64,000 bases of DNA from Nemertoderma westbladi (GCA_032718475.1 JAUCBJ010007128.1:7915-71914); one strand, 5' to 3'. Shown: positions 1 through 14,142, numbered from the stretch's first letter. Notes: generated by a model not told the origin, from the sequence alone. A program made the numbers and translations.

Positions 1-3000
1 GACTCTGCATTAGCAAATGATTCGGCGTTAATGCAACACCGTCTGGCAACATAGCTATCGGCCTCGAGTTTAGGGTATGCTCGATTTCAATGAAAGCTGT
101 AACCAGTACGTCGTCGGTAAGTTGTTTGTTCACAGGCAATGTTTTTGCAATAGCCTGCTTTACAGAGCGAACCAAACGCTCCCAACTTCCTCCTCTCCAA
201 GGACTTTCTGGAGTATTGAATCTCCATTGTACTCTTTGCGGCAAAAGTGCTGCAGAAATTTCTTTATTCTGTGCCGCTTTATGAGCCGCGTTCAACTCGC
301 TATTCCCTCCGACAAAGTTTGTACCCTTGTCGGAGTAGAACGCCTTTACTAGTCCTCTCCTGGCCATAAATCTCTTTAAGGCCAGGAGCAGAGATTTGGT
401 CGACATGTCTGCCACACGCTCGATATGTATGGCTCTACTAGCCATACATGTCAGTAGCAGACCCCATCGCTTGTGGGTCAGCCGTCCACTCTTTGCCTCA
501 ATCGGACCAAAACAATCCACCCCTGTATTCGTAAAGCGTGGGTCATATGCCTGCACTCTCGCTTCCGGGAGTTCAGCCATCTCCTGTTCCAATACTCTGG
601 CATTCACCCTCTTGCAAACCAGACAGGCGTCGTACATAATGCCTACTGCCCTGCTTGGCTGCAATAGAATGAATCGCTGTCTTGCTGCCGACAAACAGTG
701 TAACCTTCCCGCGTGATGCAACCTCTTGTGTATGTCCCATAGAATCGCTCTTTGCAATTCTATTGGGTGACTAGGGATTATCACTGGGAACCGAAACTGT
801 GAGTTTATGTCGACAGTCTGGATTCTCGATCTATGACAAATTAAACCCTTATGGATTAATGGACTCCATTTTCTAAGGGGTTTATAGAGAACTGGTCGTT
901 GAGCCGATAATAGATGGAATTCTTTCGGGAAGGCACACATTTGATAATGCTTCAAATGCTTTAATTCCGCTTGATCAATCTCATCCTCTGTCAGAGGTTG
1001 TTTCAATTTCTGAATTCGCTCATTATTAGTGCTCAATTGTTCTCCCAAATGTTTCGAATGTTTTAAACAAAGGTACAAAATGTATCGGCTTAACCACGCA
1101 GTTCTTTTACAAATTGTCAGCCAAGAGGCAGACGAATTTAGTAATTTGTCATAAACACTGCATGACTCTAATGCCAGCGACAGTTGTCCGCTAACCAGTG
1201 GAAGTTTTTCTGTCCGTCACTTACCAACTGTGACTCTGGTTTAGTCTGTAAGGGCGGTTTTATGTCATAACCTACCCTTCCTGACCTAGTAGTCACGTAA
1301 GTCTGTAGGTCTGACAGGTCTCCGGGCCGCTCCAATGACTCTTCAGGCCGCTCCAATGACTTGAGTTTGGCTTTAGACTTTGACTTAGAGACTTTCTCCA
1401 CTTTAACTTCTGCATCTTCAGGCATCGGATTGGTCACTATCTTTAGTCGCTCTGGCCAATGTTCCTGTGTCCTTGTTAGAAAATCAGGTCCATGCAACCA
1501 AAACTCCTGCGACTCTTCCTGACAGAATTCCGCCGGCATAGCACCTCTCGAAGTTATGTCGGCCGGGTTCAACACTCCCGGACAATGTCTCCATTGTTCC
1601 TTCGTCGAAAAGTCGACGATCTGAGCGCGTCTGTTGGCCACAAATGTCTTTAGTGCTATATTGTCGGCCGCAATGTATACTAACACTAAGGATGCGTCCG
1701 TCCAATAGAATAAAGTCAATGTCGTGTCTAACTCCTCTATTATCTGCTTACTTACCTCGACTGAAACTACTGCCGCCTGCAACTCTGCACGAGGGACAGT
1801 CATATATTTGACCGGCATTGTCTTTGATCTAGAAGTCACAAAGGCCGTCTCAAACTTGTCCTGACTTACCTCTCGGCGAAGGTAGGCTACCATACCAAAG
1901 CCGGTGTCACTTGCGTCACTAAATAAGTGGAGTTCGAGATCAGCTGGAAATACCAGCTGATTCGGAAAGTAGGATTGGGGTACATCTATATTTTTCAATA
2001 GATGCAACTCGGCTTCCCACTCTCTCCACTGCTTTGCATGTATGGGAGATATTGGTTCGTCCCACTCTAGGTTGGACAACCAAATTTTCCTCATGCACGC
2101 TCGTGCCTGTAATATTACCGGACTGATAAAGTTCATCGGGTCAAATAGTCTACTTAACGTCGATAAGCAAATTCTCTTTGTCAAAACTTTGTCTGGGCTA
2201 CTGGGCTCAAATCTAACTCTTACCTGGAACTTATCCGTGTTCGGGTTCCAAGCGAGTCCCAGTACTCGCGCCATGGGGATGGGTTCTACCCCCAATTCAA
2301 TGTCTCCGCTCCCGCGATCTTTCACAGGGAACGACTCTAATAGGGCCTCCGAATTAGTAGTGAACTTGGTCAGAGGAAAACCCCCTGTGGCCAAGCACTC
2401 TTGCAGGCCGTGAGCCACTTCTATGGCTTGTTCCGCTGTGTCCTTGGACACCAATCCGTCGTCCATATAGAAGTTTCTCAAGATGGACTCGATAACCTCT
2501 ACTGGGTACTTACCAATCTGGGCTGTTGCCGTTTTCTTATGAACAAACAGCGTGTCGTTTGGACTATCGCGGGCGCCAAATATCCTAACGTACATCTGGT
2601 ATGTAACCACTGGGCCGGATAAGTCTTCATTCTCATACCAGAGAAACCGAAGGCTATCCTGGTCTGCCTTACAGGCTCTTACTTGGTGGAACATCGCCTC
2701 GATGTCACAAGTAAATGCGAATCGCCGCTGTCTAAAACGCAACAGTATTCCAATCAAATAATTGTTCAGGTTGGGTCCGTCCATCAACTCTGAATTCATG
2801 GACATACCTCTGTAGACTGCTGCGCAGTCGTTGACTACTCGGACTTTGTCAGGTTTGTCAGGGTGAGTCACGTAGTGGTGTGGGAGGTAATAAGTCTGGT
2901 CCGTCACTAAGTCAGGGTCCTTTACCTTCACAGCAAATCCCTTGGCGAAATAGTTGTTGATCTGGGCGCAATACTTCTCCCTAATGTCCGGATTCTTTAA

Positions 3001-6000
3001 CAACCGAGCCCTTACTCCGTTCAATCTTTTCAAGGCTAAGCTGTAGTTGTTCTCCAACTTAGGAGGTTGTCGACGCCACAACATTCCAACTTCAAAATGT
3101 CCAGTCGGTAGTAGACGTATGGTATCTTCCATCATCTCCAGCGACCGTTTCTCATCAGTAGACATGGTTAGGTCATATCCACCGGGTTCCATTGCGTCCC
3201 TATCCAGCCATTCGACGGTTCTGGCTCCTGTCTCGAGGTCCTGGCGTATCAATTCCTTCTGCAATTCCTTCTCACTGTATTGGAAAATGTCTAGGTCTCG
3301 ATATTTAGCCACTTGACCCTCCACTATGTCGGTATAAGTCAAAACGTTACTTAGATAGGTAGCGTGGGCCGCTGAACCAGACCCACGGGTCTGATAACAG
3401 TAGTCCTCGGGTTCACTATCTGTCCGGTCGTTAAGAAGTGGTTCCGACAACCTAACATTATCGGGAATCAACTCCTCGTCCGACTCGCTAACGTCACTAT
3501 AATGGTCAATACAGGTTCTCCTAAACTCGTCTAAGTCTGGTGGTTCTACTAATGGTGGTTCAGTTATAGGCTGTAATTCGTCGTATCTATCTATTGGCTT
3601 GTCGCCACCTGTAAACTCATAAGACATAGGTACTCGTGTATACCAACCTAGTATAGTCCTATGGGCATGTGGTCCATTGACATGCGGCTCAGCTGGTCTC
3701 GTTTCCCATATCTGGTGTGCGATCAGCTGTTCTGCACCAATCAACATAGAAACATTTCTATAACCTACCTGGTGTCTGGGTACTCTGAGCTTGTCAAAAT
3801 ACTCCTGTGCTATGGGACTCATCGGCGGCACCTTACCTAACTGCCTGCCGAACCCCTTCATAGCTAGACACTTGAATCCGTCCAATGGCAAAGCTTTCTG
3901 TTCTTGTCGAGTATGTTGGTCTCTCGGAAGTAGGGAGTCTAGGTCCACCGAAATTCTGTGTCCCTTGAGGTCTCCTACTCCATGCATAGACTTCAACTCT
4001 ATTTGGATCTCCTCGGCGTCTTGGAAGCTAGAAACGGCTCTCGCCACTTCCTCGTCGATATACGATAATGTGGACGCAGTGTCCAACATCACGTATATCC
4101 GCTTCGATCCCTTATCTCCAGTAAGTTTCACCGGAATCACGCTAAATATTTCCGACGTGGCCGATGATAAATACGTCCGCGCGCTGGTCGATGTACTATC
4201 CGCAGTAAAACCATGGCAGGTCACCTCTCTCGCGCTCGACTCGTCATCCTCGTCCAACGAACCTGGTTGATAACCATCGTCCTGGATGCCGGTGTACGTA
4301 TTTCTCCTTATCGATACGGGTTCTTTGCTCCCCTTCCTGTGAGGATTTCGCTGTAAGTAACGGTCCGTCGGGGTATGGAAATCCGCATGTAGCAACTTGT
4401 GATGTAGTCTGCCGCATTCCATGCATCCGTCCTTGCTGTTCGGGCACTGCCGCCGTACATGACCTGGCGCAAGACATGCCCAACAGGTGTCCAACGTCCG
4501 CACTTGAACTCTTCTCTGTTCCGAATTTAATTCTTTGAACCGTCTGCAACTATCTAACTTATGGTCGTCAGATCTTACCTCCTTTAGTAAACAGTATTGG
4601 CAACCTACAAATCCATCCGGCAACTCCTGTTGCTTTAACCTAGGTCTATCTAACCGCTCACCTGACCATACTCGCGAGTCTGATCTAAAGGCTGGGGTAC
4701 TCGAATTATATCTGTCTACTGAGTTAAATGTCACAGTGGTCCTGTCATCGTCAAAACTTACCATAGACTTACCGGTAACAGGTTTAGACTCCCTCATATT
4801 CTCCTCTGAGAAGTTTGATTTCGTCTCTGCTACTGCGTCTGTGGCTATCATGTCATGAATGTGCTGAAGTGTCAACACCTTACCTTGACCCTCCAACTTA
4901 TTCTCTAATTTGCGCCATTTCTGTCTGTAACGCATGTTTAAACATCTTATTACACTTTTCAAAACTTCGGCGTGATCACCATGATGAGGTAGATTCACCG
5001 TCCTCAAGATGTCTAATGCGTTCGAAATAGCGTTCGCTAAGTTCAACAGCTCTAACGGAGTTGTAATCCTTCCGCCTTTACCCAAGTCTTCCACTATCGA
5101 CTGTGCCATCTTGGTTTTATTCCCCTAGATGTCGCTAAGCATCTTCATTGCTAATTCGAATGCTCTTTCATTGCCGACGATGTTGTCAGCAATGGCTCTA
5201 GGTTCTCGGTGGAGCATCTGAAGCAAATAGTTGAATTTCTCGTTGGGAGTAAAGGTGCTGTTGGTCAGCTGTTCGTCGACATAGGTTTTGAATGTCCTCC
5301 AGTGTTTATGGTTGCCCATAAACTTCTGGGGTTGTTGCGTCGGCAGTCCTTGCCTAGCAGCAAACTTACCTATATCTCTAAGAGTTGCATCGTTCCAGGT
5401 TAACAAATGGTTTAGTTCCGCAGGGTTGTTAAGTCTGGTCCTTTCCCGGTGGTTCCAACTTACCTGCTCCGCGTCCGTCCTTCTTTCCTTATAGTTTCGG
5501 GACTTCTGACGTCTCATGTCTTCCTCTTCATCGCTTGATTCAGTGTCAGTCCTTAGCGCTCGCGTTGGTTTGCGCGCCGAGGCCCTGACCCAGGCATCTT
5601 GTATAAACTTTTCCGCCGAGTTTTCGAAATTGGGATTAGAGATAGTCGGAACAGGCGTTCTTACCTGAGGTCTATGTGGTATAGTTGCCTCCGATATGCG
5701 TACTCGTTGACTAGGTTGGACTTTATCTAACTCAGGCCTGCTAGGATTTGAATTACTTCTTACCTGGGCTGCTTCCTTTAACTGTAGGTTACTAAGCATA
5801 TCCGTTATAGGTTGGATGTGCGGCGATATAGCTTGCGCTAAACTAGCACTTAACTCATCCCTCGTAATAAATTCCTGGCTAGGGTTCTGTTGTATAGTCG
5901 GCTCTATCTGAGTAATCCGCTGTCTCTCATATGATCCCTCTTCCGGTTTAACACGGAAGTTCTCCGTCGAACTGGGTCGGCGCTCCGTCCGCGTATTCCA

Positions 6001-7783
6001 AAACCGCGGGTTCGGTTCACCAAATACTCGTCCCGTCGGAGTTTCTCCTCTAAACTCTTCGTTGTCACGTTCGATATTTAGCGGTGCAGTGTTCCGATGA
6101 CGTGGATCCTGCGCAATGGGTGAAGCACTAATACCAACTGGTGTGCGATATGTAGAGAACGGTTTAGCGATCCGTGTACTCGTAATAGCTGGACCGGGTA
6201 TAGGAATTCTGGTCGTCGTCGACTCGCGTATGGCCGGAGTTCTCGCTTCCTGTTCGGCCTTCTGCAGTGCGAACAGTTCTCGCAACTCGGTCCCTACACT
6301 CGCCCCACATTCTTCGAGCATTCGCATCCCCTTCTCGGCGATTTCATTCGCCTTCCTAGTCCATTCTTTGCTCTCTAAATCTAATCTCGCACTTTCCAAC
6401 TGCGCCAGTTTACGTTCTTCTTCTTCCCTCGCTCGTCTCGCTGCGCTCTCTTCTTCCACACGCCTCTTCTCTTCATACAACGCTTGTCGCTCCTTCTCGA
6501 TCTCGAGTTCGCGTTCCTTGCGTTCGCATTCAAGCAGAAGTTTGCGTTCCTTCTGTTCGCGTTCAAGTTGAAGTTCGCGTTCCTTGCGCTCGCATTCAAG
6601 TTGGAGTTCGCGTTCCTTGCACTCGCGTTCCGCTTGCTCACGCTTACCTTTCTCTTCCAACTCTCGCAACTTCGCGTCTAACTTACGTGTGCGCTCCCGT
6701 TCCCGTTCGGCTTCCTTCCGTGCTTCCGATGCACGCAAAACTTCTGCCTGTTGTTCGTCCAGTTGGCGTCTTCTCTCTTCTGCCGAGTTGTGAGAAACAA
6801 GGGATCTAGCACATATAACCTTACCGCGCGCGTGACTAACCTGGGATTCGCCACTGTCTCTAGATGCATCGTCGGGTGGAGTCAACGTTCTCTGTTGGAT
6901 GTTCTCCGTCGTCGGTAGCACCTGGCCCGGTACCACCACTCCACTCTGCATCAGCCAGCCGGTAACTTCCCGTTGATATCTGCGCTCCTCCTTATCTTGC
7001 GTTTCTTCTCGCTCCACTAAGTCTCTCAACTCTGCATCACTCACCCGAGTCGCCTGCGCTTGTGATGCCCATAGCAACCAGTTCTCCGTCCTAACTCGTC
7101 GAAATCGCTCCGATAACGCGCAGTGTTCCAACAAGGCTGCTAAAACCCTGTCGTAAATCCTCGTCGCCACGTCGCTCGACTGAGACTCTACTGCCTTCTA
7201 GGACTGCAAGCTCCTCCGTTTGTTTGAATAATGCTGAGTTGTATCCCTTTCTAATCTCTACTAACCCTTCCCTTCTGATGTTCGCTGAGTCGGTTAACAT
7301 CTTCCTTACCTTGTCCGCCGTCCGGGTTATATGTCCGGCATGCGCGCGAAGTTTCTTCTTTATCGCGATGTCAAGCTCTCTGTCACTTACCTGACTTACA
7401 CTTGGTGGACTTGAAGGATTATTTCGGGAACTACGGGTACTCCTTACAGCCGCTGGGACCACGGCACTTACCATACCCACAGGTCTGGAAACCGGGCTCC
7501 GGGCTCTCGCTTCTGCTACACTACCCTCCCTATCACTCACCTCTGGTCGGGTTGCTGTACAATCATTCCTTACAGTAGCGGTAGGGGATCCTAATACTAT
7601 TACTTCTACTTGCTCTTCCTCACTAGTTACTGTCTCGTCCTCCTGTTCACTTACGTCAGCGTCGCTCGCTGCGTCGTCATAGTCGGCATTGTCGTCAACA
7701 GTAATATTAACGCTATCGTCAGTCGGCGGTCCAGCCGCTGTCTCGTAGCTGTCCTCTAGTGCCTCTTTGTCTGAGACACTCAT
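1..7783 (-). pseudogene. BEL-1 gag-pol polyprotein with three lesions
   Basis: The ORFs 7091..7783, 5125..7170 and 1168..5109, plus an open integrase frame from ~1200 to 1, join into one polyprotein. Lesions: a frameshift near 7190, an in-frame TAG at 5125-5127 replacing the Tyr of the conserved 'YGN' gag motif (BEL-2 has RYGN), and a frameshift at the T5 run near 1205 (alternative frame LVSGQLSLALESCSVYDKLLNSSASW...AWLSRY). Confidence 0.88.
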
Positions 7784-9225
7784 AGTCTAAAATAATTTTT
7801 GCCTTCCGGCCAAAAATATCTCGCAAAGGTTCGAGATATATATATATAATTTAATCGAAATACGATTAAATTATTTGTCAAAATCCAATTGTCCAAAATG
7901 TCAAAATAAATTTGCAATGCAATATTGTGAATTTAATAGGGTATAGTTATAGCAAATACTAACACAATATTTAAACAAAAATATTATTATATAGCTATTA
8001 TAGCAATTAAATACCGGTATGACACAAAATAATTTCTGAATCTAATACAAAATATTCAGAATGAATTTGCCACCCAAATAATTCTAATTTGGCATATATA
8101 GCTCTAATCAACGTAATTTTAATTTCAAATATTATATGTATCCACTAGCGCGTGGCTACATCTTCGGGTTGCGACTCTCTCTAACTCTCTCTCTAACTTG
8201 AGCGATTCAAAAAACCATGGTCGGCTAAACCTAACTAACCTAACTAATAAATTGAGTTCAGCTTCGCAGTTAAACAACCGATAATTTTTTACTGCTTCCA
8301 CAAACACAATGGTGCCAACAGAACAACTAACCTTGTTTGCTGTGAGATTCCACGTCCGCGTCCAAAGTTTCAGTTCCTTCGCTGATTGCAAACCGAACCC
8401 GCAGACCCACACGAACCCCAAACTCAGAAGCTCCGTCTTGCCATGTATCTCCAGGTGGTATAAAATAACTAAGCGGTTACCTAACATACCGGTACAAAAC
8501 TCTAGATTTTAAATAATTTTGACCAAAACTGAATTCTCGCAAACCTAGCTAAAATTTTCAAAAAAAAAAAAAAAAAAAACTTACTAAATTACAGCTTGCC
8601 CTAAGGCCTAAGGAACTGCTGTATTCGCAATTAGTAAACGCACTACCGTACATCCACTGTACGCAATACAGTAAGTAAAACAGTACACCAACCTAACAGC
8701 CTAATGATACTACTGTACTATTGTACGCGACCAGTGAATACCGTAATCTAAACCAACAGCCTAAGAATACACTCAATGTTCTACTGTACGCTGTAGGCCT
8801 ACAGCAGACAATATGTACTCATTACTGTTAAAACAGTAAAGCAATAAAACGGTACACTAACAGTACCTAACAGCCTAAAGAATACACTATTTACTGTTGC
8901 AAGCAACAGCAAATATTACGCATTACTGTTAAACTACCGCGACCCTTATACTAACAGCAGAACTGTTGAACAGACAAATACCCGTATACTTCTCTGCCAA
9001 CCTAATAAGTTCCCGCCTAACCAATAAGGCACCAAGACTGCTCTACTGTTAAATAAAGGTGATCAGGAGCGTGCTATTACTAAATGTAGGGCTGCTAAAT
9101 ACAAAACAGCTACTTACCGTTAGATGGCGCTAATCTGCCGTCCGCTAATAATTTTTACTAAATTTACACGGCTCCTGCAAAATCGCTTGTTCCTTTCTCT
9201 GCCGATCGCTCGACAGAGAGCTAAC

Positions 9226-10901
9226 TGTTCGAATCTATGAGCCACGCGGGAATAACCAAAACAACAAACCCGAATCGGCTCCCTAAGCTTACTTAAGATG
9301 AGTGCGAGGGGCTTTGCACTCAGAGTGTATTCTTACGCCTAATTCTACTACTATAATACGATAATGTCTAAGTTCTTTCTAATCGCGAATACTGGGGGTT
9401 CCCCAACGGAATGTGTGAATGCGAGAATATTTAAAATAATCAAATGTGGTACAGTACGCTGCCTTCACGTGTGTGTAAAACCCACTCTGGGTCTAAAATT
9501 GCCTGTAGCTGGCTTTAGGCCAGCAAATTACTAGTGTTTTTGAATACTGAATAATGCGATCTAGCTTATTGCCCGCTAATGCAAATAACCGCTCAGCGTG
9601 AATAGTTTACGGTACTCTAATTATTACCTTAGCTACTCTCCGCTATGCTGCGTACTAATTCTTAATTTCACTAACTAATTACAGTCACAAATATGTAACG
9701 GCGTACTAATTACTAAGTATTCCAGAATGCGCAATTCTAATTTATTACGCAATGAGTCACATTAGCAACAGCCTAATATACCGTATTACTTTGACCTAAT
9801 CAATAATTAATTACAGTAATCTAAGAAATAGAAATCAATCAAAGAGAAAGGGGGCGCCTATCTAAGCGTTCGTAATCTTAGGCACACTTCAGTGACACAC
9901 CAATCAGCGTCAGCAATCATAGCTCGCAATTATGCAGTTCACTACTGTGTAGTCCGCAATTGTGCAATTCACTTTCTACACTGATCATCAACACTAATAC
10001 TAACACTGTAATGCGTACAGGCCCCTCCTGGGTACGTCTAGGCTTCCTAACTAACCCAATTCATGCCCCCCTAATGCTAAAATAGAGACAAAACCTGGAT
10101 CATCAGCCCCCTAATTACCGTACCAGCGAGTGGTCTACACGCCACAATGCAAGTTGCCCAACCGCAACGGTTTCCACTTGTAATTAGCAGTAATCGTTGA
10201 GATTGATTGAGAAACACAAACAAGAATCAAACAGAAATTGCAACTTAGCGAATCATTGCAAGAAACAAAAAGGGCAGTAATTTACACAAAAAAATATAGA
10301 AAACTAAGCACGTGATTGAGAAAATCATTAACTGATGTAGCAGAAGGGGATATGTTGTTGTGTTGTACAGACATACCGGCACAGCGCCAATTTATAGGTG
10401 ATTTTAGAAGGATGATGCAATCGGTCTCTCATTAATTCGAGAGGGATGATGCAATCGATCTCTCATTGGCTCCCCAATCCGCCCCACCATCAGACCAACC
10501 TGGAAGCAGTTAGGCCAATAAGGAAGCCGGATTGTGAACCTCAGGGCTTCTAAATCGCAAATTATTACCATATATGGTAATGGATCATGTCCCTGGCTAC
10601 TGAATGGCTAGGACTGCGTTCCTATGCTAGCCCTGTCGAGGCTAATAACAGCAAGCCCATATCCAGGGTCCAACAAGAACTTGCTACCCTGGAACTATCT
10701 ACCTATATCCTAATACAAAATTACATAGGTAGGACTACATACTATACAAAATGGATGAATTCAAAATATATGGGCGTTTTAACTTCCTTATCTAAATATC
10801 ACCGCCACTATGCCTTATCTAAATAATTATACTGCACAATGACAAACATATTATACTGTATAATGGCTAATAATGTGGATACAGCGCCATATACCGTAAC
10901 A
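9226..10901 (-). repeat. Putative 5' LTR of BEL-1 (~1.68 kb)
   Basis: Minus strand starts TGTTACGG and ends ...CATCTTAA...TTTGGT...TTCGAACA, resembling the confirmed BEL-2 LTR end (CATCTTAA TTTGGT...GCGAACA). TATA-like CTATAAAT near 10390 and AATAAA near 9741. The second LTR is outside the window, so the inner boundary is inferred. Confidence 0.55.
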
Positions 10902-11235
10902 AGTAGTATAACTATATTATTAGTTTTGTTTTGTTTTATTAGTTTTTTGCATCGTGTTAAGGGGTAGGGAAATCCTAGCCTTTATAGTTTTTCCGGTTTT
11001 TCGTAATTACGATCTAATTATTCTCCTCACCTCATTTCGCTGCGAATTTTGATTGGGTTTTTTGACCCGTGCATAATAGTTGAAAAACATGTATGATGTA
11101 GGTGGAGTAGTATCTCTTTAACTAGTCAATTTTTTATTTGTACTGTAGAGTAATGAAGCAGTTACTGCAGTTAATACAGACATACTTGTCAGTTCTGTCA
11201 CTGGCCCTGTGTTACCGGGGGTAACAGACACGTTT

Positions 11236-11446
11236 CGGTATAAGACGTTTTGGCCTAGGAGGTTTCGCCCCAATGAGTGGAATATAAGATTATTGGTTGT
11301 TGCATGTTTTGGACCAAAGATTAACTCCCTTTATTAAGTCAATTATAAATTTAGTCTACGCAATGTATTTTGTATAAGATTATGCACATAATTATAATAC
11401 CCAGTAATTATTTTAAATAGGACTAGGCCGAAACGTCTGTATACCG
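11236..11446. mobile_element. Small MITE-like element with imperfect ~24-bp terminal inverted repeats
   Basis: Left end CGGTATAAGACGTTTTGGCCTAG; right end reverse complement CGGTATACAGACGTTTCGGCCTAG. No clear TSD. Confidence 0.45.
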
Positions 11447-11496
11447 TTAACGGATACCCGGTTTAAAACCAATCAACAAATAGTGGTTCTAGTAAT

Positions 11497-12118
11497 TGTA
11501 ACGGCTCCTATTGGAAGTATGGCCGTTGTACTGTAATGCCCTCAAGTCGGTGTGGCGAACTGGGTGTTGAGAGATGCAGAGTCCTTCGATTTTAGAATCC
11601 CAGTTACCGAAGGGAGTGCAACTACGTGACGGCTCCCAAAGTAGAGGTAGAAGAGATTTCTTAAGGTGAAGGTTGAAAAAGTTGATTTTGAGTGAAAGCG
11701 ATAACTGAGTTTATTTTTAATAATACAATGAATAATAAAGAAATAGAAGAGGAAACAATTAAATCACTAAATTTTGAAGCTGGGGTTTGCACAAGGAAAG
11801 GGTTGTCGACTTGAAGTGAAGAAAAAGTGGCGAGCAGCTCCTTAAATACTGTACCTTCCCAGGAAGCGTCCTGATTGGCTAGCCAAGGAGACTGCTGAGT
11901 GGCCAGTTAGTTACGTTTAGATCCTAAGAGGGCCTGCGAACCTTCCCACTAGAGGAAGGTTGGACAGAGTTCTGCAAAGACAGCAGATTGCGTTTCGATC
12001 ACAAAAAATGGTACAGAAAGTTAGAAAGTTTGGTCGACAACCTGGCGATTATTTACAGTCGGCATGCCACTAGGGCCTATTTTAAACAATTTGAACTGCC
12101 CTGGCAGACTACGCTACT
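11497..12118 (-). mobile_element. Probable solo LTR
   Basis: The plus strand starts TGTAACG and ends CGCTAC(T). The minus strand has CCAAT (~11875), TATTTAA (~11845) and AATAAA (~11712) in promoter-to-polyA order. The TSD is not clean. Confidence 0.45.
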
Positions 12119-13099
12119 ACTATGATAAATATGTTCCTTTCCCCTAATGTTTTAAATTAAAGGATTGGCGATTGGCGATGATGTTGGGAAGGAAAATGTA
12201 GAAAATTTTACTATCGATTCAATGAGGGCTTACCACCTACAGGTTCCCTCCCATACGTCCAAATCAATGGTTTATGAAGGAAATGGGTATAATTTCAGGC
12301 ATTTATCCATGTGGAATAAGAACAATCCCATACTATTTCGTGTTAAAGTCAACATAACAACGAACAAATATCCGGAACGTTATTTCGTTTTCATAACTTA
12401 TCGCTGGCGTGGAGAGCTCCCGGATAAAATTGATTATCTCATGAAATCACACGAGAATACGAAGAAACGTAATCAAGTCCCGTAATATCGTAGGCCTACT
12501 AATCCCAAAGCACTCAAATTACTCTCGGATTCTTCATTAAAGTATAACAACGCAGTCCAAGCAGTGAACAAAAACATTTATGCAAAAAACGCAACAAATC
12601 CCAAAAGGATAACAACATTGCTGATAAAGATAACGTTTATGAAGTCGCTAATACTTTTATGGCAAGTGAAGGCGCAAACTATAAGTATTTCAAATGGGTT
12701 TGCAAAGACCCAAACGGAGGAACAGTAATTGTCATGTTCTCAGATTTTTCTGCTAATTGTCTTTTTTAGTAAAATATGGGTGTACTGTACACTGTAAAGT
12801 AAATAAAAATTAAAAAAACAATTTTGTTGGCGCCCCCAAGCGGCTGGCGTGAGATTTAAAAAATGAAATATGAAAAATAATGATAAATTATCGGATAAAA
12901 TCGAAACTATCGATAAATTAATGGAAAAACTCTGTTTTTGTCTAATTTTTCAGAAAAAAATGGGGAAATATTACGAAATAAAGAAAAATGGGAAAATTTT
13001 ATTGAAGCTTATGAAATTAATTACCTTTCATATAAATCACAAATTGCAAAAAACTGCTAAGACATAGCGAACGAGTAGTAAGTATTTTTCGTGTGAAAA

Positions 13100-13335
13100 A
13101 ATAATAACAAAACAATAAACGATGTTGTTACCAATTGAGAGAAAGGAGCAGGTTACAAAGAATACTATTTCTAACCAAAACAATAAACGATGTTGTTACC
13201 AATTGAGGGAAAGGAGCAGGTTACAGAGGGGGCTTTTTCTAACCAAAACAAAAAACTATGTTGTTACCAATGGAGGGAAGGAGCTGGTTATAGAGACGGC
13301 TTTTTCTAACCAAAACAATAAACGATTTTGTTAAC
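13100..13335. repeat. Tandem repeat, ~67-bp unit, about 3.5 copies
   Basis: AACCAAAACAATAAACGATGTTGTTACCAATTGAG...GGAGCAGGTTA recurs at ~13106, 13173, 13241 and 13307. Confidence 0.85.
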
Positions 13336-14142
13336 AATATCGAATATAAAAATATATATAATAATATATAAGGACGAATTTATATAATTTGGTGCGAAAA
13401 GTATGTATTCTGGGAAATAAATATGTATTTAGACGTAGCTTTAATGTTATTGCTTACTGAAATTGGGGGCTATCGTTTTGGGGCGGTAAAAAAGTATATT
13501 TGATGCGAAAACTATGGAATCTGGGAAAGAAATAATTTGTTGTCTTAAATATTATAGGATAATACCAAATAACATCAACGGTCACCATTATGTAATGTAA
13601 AGCTTACAGCATTTCCGGTACAACATTTCCCCACTGGCGAATCTGGGTTTGCAGCCAATATGTTAATTACATATTTACCTACTTAACGTCGTAATCTGGC
13701 ACTTGATACGATTACGGCCGCAACGATTTTAAACACATCGCACTGATGTAATCTTATGGAGTGATAGGTTATAAGAGTTGAAGTAAATAGTCATATTTAT
13801 TTATCAAACAAACAACTATTAATCATCGGTGTTTGTTACGGCTGAATTTTTACAACATAGCGAAAGCACAAAATGAAAAGAAATAAGGACATGTACTACT
13901 ACTGTACTTCAGTATTCGGTATTACGTACAGACTGAGCCGGGCCCGATTCAATAGCATTCATCTGACACACGTCAGTCTTACGTTCATGACATCTGACGC
14001 ATATTAAAGGTCGCACGCGACATACTGACTAACAGGGGGCTTGTTGTATATTATAAAAAATAAACAGGTAAACATTGGACACCGAACGCACCGATCGTGC
14101 CAGAGCCAGTGCAGTAGATGGTGTCCCCCTAGGGTCTTTAAA

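Larger units (their letters stand above)
1..10901 (-). mobile_element. BEL/Pao LTR retrotransposon (BEL-1), 3' end beyond the left edge of the window
   Basis: Minus-strand domain order: gag (DUF1759-like, three Cys/His knuckles), protease (MLDTAS), RT (FYMDD), Pao-type RNase H (LFSDAS...PRAELQAA...NPADITSRG), integrase (HHAG..CLVC, TGVDCFGP, YSDKGTNF, WERLVRSVK). The putative 5' LTR begins TGTTACGG at 10901. Confidence 0.93.

Noticed and set aside
5110-5130. Programmed TAG readthrough between the BEL-1 ORFs
   Set aside because: The TAG lies inside the gag core at a conserved Tyr (YGN), not at a gag/pol junction, and the element has other lesions. A nonsense mutation is simpler.
77-6869. Many short plus-strand ORFs over BEL-1
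   Set aside because: They are antisense shadows of the gag-pol frame with no independent motifs.
10070-10110. Minus-strand CTGATGA as a hammerhead core in the BEL-1 LTR
   Set aside because: No stem II closed by GAAA follows it.
12165-12770. FLYWCH/MULE transposase remnant
   Set aside because: The resemblance is vague, with no catalytic motif or termini.
13100-13335. CRISPR-like repeat-spacer array
   Set aside because: The intervening segments are similar to each other, so it is a plain tandem repeat. The context is eukaryotic with no cas genes.
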